Assembly (NCBI GenBank): GCA_902615845.1
Contig: CACMQS010000010.1
Coordinates: forward strand, 682 to 64,681
Direction of reading: 5' to 3'
Length of the DNA stretch: 64,000 bases
Source of the DNA: an uncultured Alphaproteobacteria bacterium
Lineage (GTDB): Bacteria; Pseudomonadota; Alphaproteobacteria; HIMB59; GCA-002718135
Below the pieces are notes generated by a model. That model did not search any database. It was not told the origin of the DNA and worked only from the letters and a program-made list of their open reading frames with translations. Position 1 is the first letter of the stretch. Each line of letters opens with the position of its first letter. The position numbers and the translations under genes were made by a program. This document shows positions 30,676 to 40,351 of the stretch, in pieces.

Positions 30676-31616
30676 GGTAATAGCGATAATTTAGCTTTAA
30701 GTAATTGAAAAAATTTTTCATCATTAGCTTCATTCATCACAAAACAATTTAATGATCTTTTAGTAACACCTAGCCAATCAACAACAGTCTCCCCTCTTGT
30801 TAATTCAGAATTTTCTTCAACTGTGACATTAACTTCTTTTCCACTAAAAATAGATGGATCTAACAAATATGCAATAACACATGGGTCATGCAAAGGAGTT
30901 TCCTCAGTTTCGTATAATTCTTTATGAAATATTGTATAAAATTCCATTAGTTCTCCAAAAAACTTAGAACTTTTATTTTTATTTTCATTCATTGATTTGA
31001 TAATTTTTGAATTTACATTTACCTGATGAGTAACATCTAAACCCATCATTGTTAGAGGAATGCCTGATTCTAGAACAATATTAGCCGCATGTGGATCCAC
31101 ATAAATATTAAATTCAGCTGAAGGTGTAGTATTCCCTAAGCACATAGCAGCTCCACCCATAAAAACTATTTCTTTTATATTTTCTTTAATAGACGGATTT
31201 TTTTTTAAACTTAATGCAATATTTGTAAGAGGTCCTGTTGGACATAAATAAATTTGCTCTGTTGAAGATTTACAAGTTTCTACTATAAAATCAACTGCAT
31301 GTTTTTCTTGAGGTTTATAATTTGTATCTATTATTATAGGGTCACCTTTTTTATCTAATCCAGTTTTTCCGTGAACATATTCAGCTGTAAATAATTCATA
31401 ATGAATAGGTTTATTTGCACCAGAGTAAACTTTGATGTCCGTTCTTTCAATTAACGTACAAACTTTAAGAGCATTATTTACAGTATTATTTAAACCACTA
31501 TTTCCACCGACACAAGTGATACCCAGTATGTCAATCTCTTTAGAGGAAGCAGCTAACATTATTGCTACAGCATCATCATGACCTGGATCACAATCTAAAA
31601 TTATTTTTTTAGTCAT
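30672..31616 (-). CDS. Inosine/uridine-preferring nucleoside hydrolase
   Basis: DCDPGHDD, GPLTN, AEFNIYVDPHAA and LHDP motifs. ATG at 31616 overlaps the upstream stop. Confidence 0.93.
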   Translation of the reverse strand: MTKKIILDCDPGHDDAVAIMLAASSKEIDILGITCVGGNSGLNNTVNNALKVCTLIERTDIKVYSGANKPIHYELFTAEYVHGKTGLDKKGDPIIIDTNYKPQEKHAVDFIVETCKSSTEQIYLCPTGPLTNIALSLKKNPSIKENIKEIVFMGGAAMCLGNTTPSAEFNIYVDPHAANIVLESGIPLTMMGLDVTHQVNVNSKIIKSMNENKNKSSKFFGELMEFYTIFHKELYETEETPLHDPCVIAYLLDPSIFSGKEVNVTVEENSELTRGETVVDWLGVTKRSLNCFVMNEANDEKFFQLLKAKLSLLP

Positions 31617-32472
31617 TAATAAAACTTTTAAGAGGTATTGAAGATCTTTGTAACCAATTCCACTCAGGATATTCGTTGTTATTATCAATTATATGAATTG
31701 TGTAAGCATGTCTTGATTTTAAACTTGTGTTCTCACATGAATAATGAGGAAGTCTACCATGTAATAAAACAAGTGATCCTTTTTTTACTTCTACAAAAGT
31801 ATCAGTTTCAGGAAATGACTCATCATTTAGATCTATCATTTGCATTTTACCATCTACTTTTTTAAAAAGTTTTCTTAATGGGCCTTTATGACCTCCACTT
31901 GCAACTTGTAAACATCCGTTTGTTTTATTTGCATCTTCTAATGCAAACCAGAAACCGATAGTACTTTCTGGTTCAGTATATAAAAAAGTAGAATCTTGAT
32001 GGCAAACTACTTCACCACCTATTTTAGGTTGTTTAAAAATATACATAGACTGAAGTAATTTTGGTTTTGAGACACCAAGTGATAAAGCAATATCTTGAAG
32101 TTTTTGTTTATGAGAAAATTTATAAAAAACTTTATCTAAGTCGTGCAACGCATGACCGATTTTATTTACAATAAAATGTTTATTTTCTTCTATGTTATCA
32201 TCATTTAAATTAGCTTTTTCTTCAAAGAAGAAACGAACTTTATCTCCTGATTCTAAAAAATAATTATCATCATTATGAGCTTGATTGACTGTATCAAAAA
32301 TAGATTTTTGATTATTAAAATTATTATGTTCGATAAGATATGATGACCGTTCCATTAATTCATCACATTCTTTATCTGTGTTGAAATTTTCTATAACCAA
32401 ATATCCATTATCATTCCAAAATTTAATCATTTCATCGTTTAAGGGTAGATCGTTTGTTGAAAAATATTTCAT
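31609..32472 (-). CDS. PHYHD1-like Fe(II)/2-oxoglutarate dioxygenase (PhyH family)
   Basis: NKIGHALH, QSMYIFKQPKIGGEV, HQD facial triad, distal His (LPHYS), SRHAYT. Confidence 0.88.
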   Translation of the reverse strand: MKYFSTNDLPLNDEMIKFWNDNGYLVIENFNTDKECDELMERSSYLIEHNNFNNQKSIFDTVNQAHNDDNYFLESGDKVRFFFEEKANLNDDNIEENKHFIVNKIGHALHDLDKVFYKFSHKQKLQDIALSLGVSKPKLLQSMYIFKQPKIGGEVVCHQDSTFLYTEPESTIGFWFALEDANKTNGCLQVASGGHKGPLRKLFKKVDGKMQMIDLNDESFPETDTFVEVKKGSLVLLHGRLPHYSCENTSLKSRHAYTIHIIDNNNEYPEWNWLQRSSIPLKSFIND

Positions 32473-32705
32473 TATATTCCTATTAATTTTGTCAAGAATG
32501 GTAAACCAACTTTAATAAAATTTAATAACTGTGGTATCAAGAATTTTCCAGTTGTTGCAAGGAAGAAGATTATACCTCCAATTATGACTATTAGAATTAA
32601 ATTTCTATAAAAGTTACCATAATTATTATATTGTGATTTGGCTCTTGATCTCAAAATAAATAATATAATTACTATAACAATTAAAACTATTAACAATCGG
32701 ATCAT
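32472..32705 (-). CDS. Small membrane hypothetical protein
   Basis: Two hydrophobic segments; stop overlaps the start of the dioxygenase gene. Confidence 0.65.
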   Translation of the reverse strand: MIRLLIVLIVIVIILFILRSRAKSQYNNYGNFYRNLILIVIIGGIIFFLATTGKFLIPQLLNFIKVGLPFLTKLIGI

Positions 32706-32773
32706 ATATTTTCTATATTTAGTAAAAATTAATTTGCAATACTAATTATATCTTAATAAATAGTTTTTAGTAG

Positions 32774-33157
32774 ATGATCAGATTAAGCATATTATTTTTA
32801 TCAATTTTTTCTTTAATTTATGGAATTTATTTTTTAATTTTTCCATATAGTTTTGTGAATTTAACTGTTGCTGAAAATACCAATATAGCGTGGCTAAGAA
32901 ATCTTGGTGGAGCTATAACAGGTCTTTTATTTATTGGTCTTTTAATGATCTACTTAAATACAAAGGGCTCAATCAGATTAATTAATGTTATTATTATTAC
33001 ATCCATAATACAAACTTCAGCTTTGATATATTCAAGAATAGCAAATGAATTTTCCGCAAATAATTTGATAATTATTGATATAACTATTTATGCCGCAATA
33101 ATTGTTACTATTTATTTATTATTCATTTCGATTAGATTTAAAAAACTATTTATTTAA
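32774..33157 (+). CDS. Four-TM membrane hypothetical protein
   Basis: Hydrophobic profile, WLRNLGG. Confidence 0.65.
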   Translation: MIRLSILFLSIFSLIYGIYFLIFPYSFVNLTVAENTNIAWLRNLGGAITGLLFIGLLMIYLNTKGSIRLINVIIITSIIQTSALIYSRIANEFSANNLIIIDITIYAAIIVTIYLLFISIRFKKLFI

Positions 33158-33743
33158 ATTTAAAAAAAATTCTAAGTAATAAAAAAATAATTAAAAGTAA
33201 AAAAATTAAAATTAATTCAAATGATAAAATATTACTAAGTTGAAATTCTTTAATTTCAATAAGATCAGAAAATTGATTACCAATAAATGAAAAAAGAAGA
33301 AAATAAGGAGTAAAACCAATAAAAGATGAAATTATAAATTTAGTTTTAGAAATATTCAATGTTGATAAAAATAAATTTTGAACAAATAATGGCACCCCAA
33401 AGATAAGTCGTAATAAAACTAAGTATTCAAAAGATGATTTTTTAATAATTTTATTTAGTTTATCACTAAATTTTTCAATTTGTTTATTAAAATATTTTTT
33501 AAATAAATTTTTAAAAAAAAGAAAAAAACATAAACTACCTAAAACAATAGTTGTTATATTAATTATAAAACCTGTAATAAATCCGAAAAAGAAACTTGAT
33601 GAAAGTATAATTATTAAACTACCAGGTAGAGAAAATGTAAAAAATAAAAATGAAAATAAAAAATATAAAATTAAAGATAATTCTAAATTATTTTTGATTA
33701 ATAAATCAAATTGAATTAAAAAATTAAAAATAACATCAATCAT
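33150..33743 (-). CDS. VTT/TVP38 (DedA superfamily) membrane protein
   Basis: SLPG and LRLIFGVP..VQN motifs. Confidence 0.75.
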   Translation of the reverse strand: MIDVIFNFLIQFDLLIKNNLELSLILYFLFSFLFFTFSLPGSLIIILSSSFFFGFITGFIINITTIVLGSLCFFLFFKNLFKKYFNKQIEKFSDKLNKIIKKSSFEYLVLLRLIFGVPLFVQNLFLSTLNISKTKFIISSFIGFTPYFLLFSFIGNQFSDLIEIKEFQLSNILSFELILIFLLLIIFLLLRIFFKFK

Positions 33744-34501
33744 TTGATAATTTTAAAACCTTTGAAAAAAATAAATGATGTAATAATCAAAGTTAATAAA
33801 ATAAAAAATATTATAAAGATATTTTCAACTAAATTAAATGAAAATTCATCATTAAATGAATTCCTAAAAAAGCTTACAACATAATAGTAAGGATTATATA
33901 AAAGTATAGCCTTCAAATTATCAGGAAGATAATTTATTGAAAAAAAGGTCCCTGATAAAAAATTAATAGGCGCAACAAAAAAGCTTGAGAATGTACTTTG
34001 TGAATCCCAAGAATTAAAAATTATTCCTACGAAACATCCAAAACATGAGAAAAATATTATAACTAAAAATAGGTAGTAAAAAAAATAAAAAAAATTATAA
34101 ATTTCAATATCTATCAAAAAAGTAAATATAAAAAAATTAAACAATGCTAAAATAATTCCAATAATAAGAGACGTGAATATTAAAGATATTAATATTTCAA
34201 TCCTATAGATAGGTGCCATTAACCAATCATCTAAAGAACCAATTTGTTTCATATGAATTAAAGTAGCAGACGAATTATCGTAACTTTCCTGAGCAACGAT
34301 CATAATGATTAATCCAGGAGCAATAAATTCAACAAAAGAACCTGAATCCATAGAAAGTGAGTAATAATTTTCTACTGTTATAAAAACTAATATAAATAAA
34401 AGATTTGTAGATAAAGGGGCTAATAAAGAATAATGATACTCTTGTAGAAATTCTTTTATTCTAAATGCGATTATTGAATAAATCGCACTAAAATTTAACA
34501 T
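33740..34501 (-). CDS. ABC-2 type permease (YadH-like)
   Basis: FIAPGLI, LSGTFFSI..LP and NPYYY motifs. No partner ATPase adjacent. Confidence 0.8.
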   Translation of the reverse strand: MLNFSAIYSIIAFRIKEFLQEYHYSLLAPLSTNLLFILVFITVENYYSLSMDSGSFVEFIAPGLIIMIVAQESYDNSSATLIHMKQIGSLDDWLMAPIYRIEILISLIFTSLIIGIILALFNFFIFTFLIDIEIYNFFYFFYYLFLVIIFFSCFGCFVGIIFNSWDSQSTFSSFFVAPINFLSGTFFSINYLPDNLKAILLYNPYYYVVSFFRNSFNDEFSFNLVENIFIIFFILLTLIITSFIFFKGFKIIK

Positions 34502-34510
34502 TAATTAAGA

Positions 34511-35689
34511 TTACTTAGAAAAGTATTTTTGAACAAGGTCTACCCAAAAATTTACACCAATAGGTAATAAATTGTCATTAAAATCATACTTTGTTGTATG
34601 TAGATGAGCACTATGTTCTGCATCTCCTTGACCAAGATAAAGATAGGAACCAGGTTTTTTTTCTAACAAATATGAAAAATCTTCTCCTCCCATTGAAGGG
34701 TCAATATCAGTAATAACTTTATCATCACCGACTAAATCTTTAGCTACATTTGCAGCAAATTTTGTTTCTTCTTTAGAATTGATAGTAGGTGGATATTTAT
34801 TTACTAAATCAAACTCAATTTTTATCTCTGCACCATGTGCATCGGCTATCCCTTTACATAATTCATTTAATCTTTTCTCTATATATGCTCGTGTTTCTCT
34901 TCGAAAAGTCCTAATAGTCCCACCCATTTTTACTTGATCATCAATTACATTATACGCTGTACCAGCATTAATTTTTGTAATACTTATAAGAGCCTTATCA
35001 ACAGGATCTGTGGATCTACTTATAATTGTTTGAACAGTAGAAATAACTTGAGCAGAAATTACTACAGGATCAATTGCTAGATGAGGTGATGCAGCATGAC
35101 CGCCTTTTCCTTTTACAGTAATATCAAATTCATCAACTGCTGCCATCATTGGTCCACTATTTACACCAAACGTACCTAAAGGTAACTCAGGCCAATTATG
35201 AAGTGCATAAACTTCATCAATTTTAAAATCATCAAACATACCATCTTGAATCATTTTTTCTCCTCCAGCAAAACCCTCTTCTCCTGGTTGGAAAATGAAA
35301 TATACTCTTCCATTAAAATTATTATTTTCACTTAGATATTTCGCTGCTCCAAGAAGCATTGTGGTATGACCATCGTGACCACAACCATGCATCATACCTT
35401 TATTTTGAGATTTATGATTAAATTCATTTTGTTCTGGCATAGGAAGAGCGTCAAAATCTGCTCTTAAACCAATAGTCTTATCATTAGTAACTTCATTACC
35501 ATCTACCCAAGCAACAACACCTGTATTAGCGTAACCATCTTTAAATTTAATATTAAATTCACTTAACTTATTTTTGATATATTTTGATGTTTCAAATTCT
35601 TGAAGGCCTATCTCGGGAATTTTATGTAAATCCTGACGCCATTCTGTCATCTGACCTTGCATTTGATTTATGCTGTTTAAAATTGGCAT
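34511..35689 (-). CDS. M20D amidohydrolase (hippurate hydrolase-like)
   Basis: RADFDALP, MHGCGHDGH, FQPGEEG, GGHAA and GEDFS motifs. Confidence 0.9.
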   Translation of the reverse strand: MPILNSINQMQGQMTEWRQDLHKIPEIGLQEFETSKYIKNKLSEFNIKFKDGYANTGVVAWVDGNEVTNDKTIGLRADFDALPMPEQNEFNHKSQNKGMMHGCGHDGHTTMLLGAAKYLSENNNFNGRVYFIFQPGEEGFAGGEKMIQDGMFDDFKIDEVYALHNWPELPLGTFGVNSGPMMAAVDEFDITVKGKGGHAASPHLAIDPVVISAQVISTVQTIISRSTDPVDKALISITKINAGTAYNVIDDQVKMGGTIRTFRRETRAYIEKRLNELCKGIADAHGAEIKIEFDLVNKYPPTINSKEETKFAANVAKDLVGDDKVITDIDPSMGGEDFSYLLEKKPGSYLYLGQGDAEHSAHLHTTKYDFNDNLLPIGVNFWVDLVQKYFSK

Positions 35690-36321
35690 TATAATATTCC
35701 GAAGAAACCTTTTTTATTTAGTTTTTCTTCGCATTGTTTTAGTTGTTTATTAAACATCTTAGTATTTCTTTCTACATTTTTAGCAACATCAATCAACCAA
35801 TCTTTACTTTTAAATGTCTCTTTCGACCATCCATTTTGACCTTCATGGTATGCTAAATATTGATTATAGTAATCATTTTTTGAAATTCCAATCATATTTT
35901 CGGACTGCGTTGTGTACCATCCAATAAAATCAGTTACATCTTTAAAATTTGCCCTTGATGCATTTTGATTTCCAGTTTTATTCTTATACCAATCCCATGT
36001 AGGATTTGTTATTTGTGCATAACCAAAAGCAGTTGATGGTCTAGATGTTGGTATTAAACCTAAAAATTTTTTTCTTTTCGGTTTTGCAAATTGAGTAAAA
36101 GATGATTCTTGTTTTATAACTGCTAATTGGAATGCAATTGGGGTATTCCATTTATCATAAGAATCTTTAGTTGCTTTATACCAGCTTTTCTTTTCATTAA
36201 AAATTATGCAACTATCAGCAGTATTTGTTAACTGATTTGAAGTACATGCATATAAAAATAACAACGCAATACATAATAATTTTAAAAAAATATCAAATTT
36301 CATTATAAATCTGAATATCAT
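35689..36321 (-). CDS. Transglycosylase SLT-domain lipoprotein
   Basis: Lipobox LYAC, catalytic QESSF, AFGYAQ, YLAYHEG. Confidence 0.78.
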   Translation of the reverse strand: MIFRFIMKFDIFLKLLCIALLFLYACTSNQLTNTADSCIIFNEKKSWYKATKDSYDKWNTPIAFQLAVIKQESSFTQFAKPKRKKFLGLIPTSRPSTAFGYAQITNPTWDWYKNKTGNQNASRANFKDVTDFIGWYTTQSENMIGISKNDYYNQYLAYHEGQNGWSKETFKSKDWLIDVAKNVERNTKMFNKQLKQCEEKLNKKGFFGIL

Positions 36322-36370
36322 AACTTTTACTTATATAGTCTTAAATGTGGCAAAAAATTATTGCTTACTA

Positions 36371-36397
36371 TTGAATTATAGATATGAATGCTTAAAT
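36371..36397 (+). promoter_or_regulatory. Possible RpoH-like promoter for htpG
   Basis: TTGAA-N15-CTTAAAT ending 7 nt before the htpG ATG. Imperfect match in AT-rich DNA. Confidence 0.25.
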
Positions 36398-36404
36398 TTC
36401 AAAA

Positions 36405-38264
36405 ATGGCAGAAAAAACTAAAGAAAATTTAACATTTCAGGCTGAAGTCAGTAAGCTTTTAGATCTTGTTGCTAATTCTCTTTATAGTGAAAGAGAAATA
36501 TTTTTAAGAGAATTAATATCTAATTCTGCAGATGCCTGCGAAAAATTAAGATATCAATCACTCTCCAAAAAAAACCTTCTTAAAGATGAAAAGGATTTAA
36601 AAATAAATATCAGAGTTTCAAAAAAGAAAAAAATTATTGAAATTGAAGATAATGGAATTGGAATGTCTAAAAATGAACTGATTGACAATTTAGGAACTAT
36701 AGCGAGATCAGGAACTAATAAATTTATTGAAGCAATGAAAAATAAAAAGAGTAATGATATTTCCGCAATTGGACAGTTTGGTGTTGGTTTTTATTCCTCA
36801 TATATGGTTGCAGATAATGTTGAAGTGCTTTCTAAAGATGCTGAAAATGAAGAAACAAATCTTTGGTCTTCCAATGGAAAAGAAAATTATACCATAGAAG
36901 ATGCTAAAAAAGATAAAAGAGGCACTTGTATAACTCTAAATATAAAGAAAGATGCAGATGAATTTTTAGATTCATTTCGTTTAAGATCAATTATAACAAA
37001 ATACTCAAATTATATTCCTTTTCCAATTTATCTTAAGGATCTTGACGATAAAGAAAAAGAAGAAAAAATAAATGAAGGTAGCCCATTATGGTTAAAAGAT
37101 AAAAAAGATATAAAAGAAGAGGATTATAAGCAATTTTATAATAATATTTCATTTAATTTTGATGATCCCTTAAAAACTATTCATTATAACGCTGAGGGTG
37201 TTATTAGTTATAAGGCTTTACTTTATTTTCCTACAAATCAACCTATGGATTTATTCAATGCTGATAGGAAAAATAAAATAAAATTATATGTACAAAAAGT
37301 TTTTATCACTGATGATTGTGAAGAAATAATTCCTAATTGGTTACGTTTTATTCCAGGAGTAGTCGACTCACAAGATATTTCTCTCAATATAAGTAGAGAA
37401 ATGCTTCAAAATAATCCCATTATTACAAAAATAAAAAAAGGTATTACAAATAAAATTTTAAGTGAAATTGATAGTTTAGCTAAGAAAGAAAAGGATAAAT
37501 TTGAAACATTTTGGAACAATTTTGGTCCTGTTCTAAAAGAAGGGTTATACGAACATAATGATCATCATGAAAAAATTCTTCCAATATTAAGGTTTGAAAA
37601 TTCTTTAAATGATAAAAAAATATCTCTTGAAGAGTACACTAAATTAATGGCTAAAGATCAAAAAGAAATTTATTATTTTGCTAATACTGATAAGGATCAT
37701 ATTAAAAACTCCCCTCAATTAGAAGTTTTCACTGATAAAAAGATACCAGTTTTGTTTATGGTTGATGCAGTAGATGAGTTTTGGATTCAAAATGTAAATA
37801 AATTTAAAGATTTAGAATTTAAATCAATAACCAAAGGTAAGGTTGATGTTTCAAAAGTTGGTGAAAAATCTAGTAAAAAAGACGAAGATAAAAAAGAAAT
37901 AGATAGTAAAATCAATGATTTAATTAACATACTTAAAACAGAGTTAAAGGAAACTATATCTGATGTTATTGTATCTAATAGATTAACCAAAAGCCCAATT
38001 CTGCTTGTTGCCGAAGAAGCCGGGATGGATATAAATATGGAAAAATTGATGAAAATGCATAATCAAAAAACTCCTGTTTCAAAAAAGATACTTGAAATTA
38101 ATCCAAACCATCCAATGATTGTAAATTTATCTCAAAATTTAACAAAAATTGATCATAAAAAAGCTTCAAATTTAATTTTAGATCATGCTAATATATTAGA
38201 TGGTAACATTCTCTCAAATCCATCTGCTTACTTAGAAAATTTAACTGAAATTTTTATTAAGTAA
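36405..38264 (+). CDS. htpG: Hsp90 chaperone HtpG
   Basis: FLRELISN, DNGIGM, GQFGVGFYS and LNISRE motifs. Confidence 0.97.
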   Translation: MAEKTKENLTFQAEVSKLLDLVANSLYSEREIFLRELISNSADACEKLRYQSLSKKNLLKDEKDLKINIRVSKKKKIIEIEDNGIGMSKNELIDNLGTIARSGTNKFIEAMKNKKSNDISAIGQFGVGFYSSYMVADNVEVLSKDAENEETNLWSSNGKENYTIEDAKKDKRGTCITLNIKKDADEFLDSFRLRSIITKYSNYIPFPIYLKDLDDKEKEEKINEGSPLWLKDKKDIKEEDYKQFYNNISFNFDDPLKTIHYNAEGVISYKALLYFPTNQPMDLFNADRKNKIKLYVQKVFITDDCEEIIPNWLRFIPGVVDSQDISLNISREMLQNNPIITKIKKGITNKILSEIDSLAKKEKDKFETFWNNFGPVLKEGLYEHNDHHEKILPILRFENSLNDKKISLEEYTKLMAKDQKEIYYFANTDKDHIKNSPQLEVFTDKKIPVLFMVDAVDEFWIQNVNKFKDLEFKSITKGKVDVSKVGEKSSKKDEDKKEIDSKINDLINILKTELKETISDVIVSNRLTKSPILLVAEEAGMDINMEKLMKMHNQKTPVSKKILEINPNHPMIVNLSQNLTKIDHKKASNLILDHANILDGNILSNPSAYLENLTEIFIK

Positions 38265-39195
38265 CTGAATTTATAATTTTATTATTATTAAAGAATTCAA
38301 CAAACTGATTAGCAACCATTTCTGCTACAACTATTTGTGCTTCATCAGTAGAAGCAGCAATATGTGGAGTTAAAATTATATTATCTAAATTATAAAACCC
38401 ACTTTCTTCTAAAGGCTCATTTTTAAAAACATCTAATGCAGCGCCTTTAATTTCTTTTTTTTCTAGAGCATTTTTAAGATCATCTTCATCAACTAAGTTA
38501 CCTCTAGCGGTATTGATAATTATGCAATTTTTTTTCATTAGTGATAGATGATTTTTATTCATAATCGGATTTCCATCTTTATTAGGTTTACAATGAAAAG
38601 AAATTATATCTGAATCATTAATAATATCATCGATAGAAGAAGAATTATATTCAGGATAGCTATCCTTAATTGTTTCAAAGTATGAAGAAAATATTGAAAC
38701 GTGCATTCCTAATACTTTAGATATTTCTGCAACTCTTTTGCCTACATTACCAAAACCTACGATACCAATTTTCTTGCCTTTAATTTCGTTTCCTTTTAAT
38801 TTCTTTTTTTCCCAAAGACCCTTATGAGTTGTCTCATTGGCAACAGTAATTTTTCTTTGTAATGCAAAAATTAAACCAATTGTGTGTTCTGCTGTAGCAT
38901 TTGTATTTCCTCCTGGAGTATTCATTACGATAATATTTTTATTTTTAGCAGCTTCCACATCAACATTATCTACTCCTGCTCCTGCCCTACCTATAATCTT
39001 CAAATTTGAAAGAGAATCAATTAAATCTTTTCGCACTTTAGTTGCAGAACGAATAATTAAACCATCATAGTTATCGATTATTTTTTTTAATTCTTCAGAA
39101 GATAAGTTTGTTTTTGTATCAACTGAAATGTTATTCTTTATTAAAATTTCAGATGCAATATTATCTAGTGAATCTGATATTAATACTTTAGGCAT
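38257..39195 (-). CDS. serA: D-3-phosphoglycerate dehydrogenase, short form without ACT domain
   Basis: IRSATKV, GRAGAGVDNVD, NTPGGN, GFGNVG, NTARG and TPHIAAST motifs. Coupled to serC; start refined from 39228. Confidence 0.85.
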   Translation of the reverse strand: MPKVLISDSLDNIASEILIKNNISVDTKTNLSSEELKKIIDNYDGLIIRSATKVRKDLIDSLSNLKIIGRAGAGVDNVDVEAAKNKNIIVMNTPGGNTNATAEHTIGLIFALQRKITVANETTHKGLWEKKKLKGNEIKGKKIGIVGFGNVGKRVAEISKVLGMHVSIFSSYFETIKDSYPEYNSSSIDDIINDSDIISFHCKPNKDGNPIMNKNHLSLMKKNCIIINTARGNLVDEDDLKNALEKKEIKGAALDVFKNEPLEESGFYNLDNIILTPHIAASTDEAQIVVAEMVANQFVEFFNNNKIINSVT

Positions 39196-40351
39196 ATTTA
39201 GATTTAATTTCTGAATAAGCCCAATCAATCCAAGGTAAAACTAATTCTACATCTGAAGTTCGAACCGTACCCCCGGCCCATATTCTAAAAGAAGGTGGTG
39301 CTTTAGGATATCCATTACAATCAAATCCAACATTATTATCAGAGAGTAATTTACATATATCAGCCATTACAGCTCTTTGACCGTTTTCATCTTTATTAAT
39401 AAACCAGTCTTCAATAATTTTAAAAGTTATTCCGGTGTTTGAGATATAATTATCATCTTTAATTTCAGATAAAAAGGTGACCCAATCTCTCTCATTAATC
39501 CATTCTCTAATTTTTTGTAAAGAATTCTGGGATTTAGAAATTAATGAATCTAACCCTCCTTGAGAAGAGACCCAATTTAATGAATCAATGATATCTTCAA
39601 CACATATCATTGAAGGTGTGTTAATTGTGTTTCCTTCAAAAATTCCTTTTATCAATTTTTGGTTTTCAGCTAATCTAAATAATTTTGGTACTGGCCAACT
39701 AGGTGTAAAACTTTCTAATCTTTCTACAACGCGTGGAGAAATTGCAATCATTCCATGAGCGGCCTCTCCTCCAAGTATTTTTTGCCATGACCAAGTTATA
39801 ACATCACATTTATTATAATCTATAGGCATACCAAAGATTGCCGAAGTAGCATCACAAATGGTTAGACCTTTTCTATCATCAGGTATCCAATCTCCATTTG
39901 GAACTTTGACACCAGATGTTGTTCCATTCCAAGTAAAAATAACGTCATTATCAAAATTGACTTTGCTTAGGTCAGGTAGTTTCCCATAATCTTCTTCATG
40001 AATATTTAAATTATCTAATTTTAATTCGCTGATTGCATCGATTACCCAATCTTTACCAAAATTTTCCCATGCAAGAATATCGACTCCCGTTTTACCTAAT
40101 AGGCACCACATAGCAGCTTCTAAAGCACCAGTATTTGATCCAGGCATGATACCCAATAAATAATCATCGGGTAATTTAAGAATATCTTTAGATTTATCTA
40201 TTGCTTCTTTTAATCTTGCTTTACATTCAACAGATCTGTGAGATCTACCAGTTAAAGCATTACTCAAAACAGATATGTCCCAGCCTGGTCTTTTTGAAGT
40301 TGGTCCACTTGAAAAATTTGGATTGTTAGGTTTAGTATTAGGTTTATTCAT
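39188..40351 (-). CDS. serC: Phosphoserine aminotransferase (alphaproteobacterial/Methanosarcina type)
   Basis: NFSSGP, GRSHRS, WNGTTSGV, DATSA, SWQK and NTPSM motifs. Confidence 0.93.
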   Translation of the reverse strand: MNKPNTKPNNPNFSSGPTSKRPGWDISVLSNALTGRSHRSVECKARLKEAIDKSKDILKLPDDYLLGIMPGSNTGALEAAMWCLLGKTGVDILAWENFGKDWVIDAISELKLDNLNIHEEDYGKLPDLSKVNFDNDVIFTWNGTTSGVKVPNGDWIPDDRKGLTICDATSAIFGMPIDYNKCDVITWSWQKILGGEAAHGMIAISPRVVERLESFTPSWPVPKLFRLAENQKLIKGIFEGNTINTPSMICVEDIIDSLNWVSSQGGLDSLISKSQNSLQKIREWINERDWVTFLSEIKDDNYISNTGITFKIIEDWFINKDENGQRAVMADICKLLSDNNVGFDCNGYPKAPPSFRIWAGGTVRTSDVELVLPWIDWAYSEIKSKYA

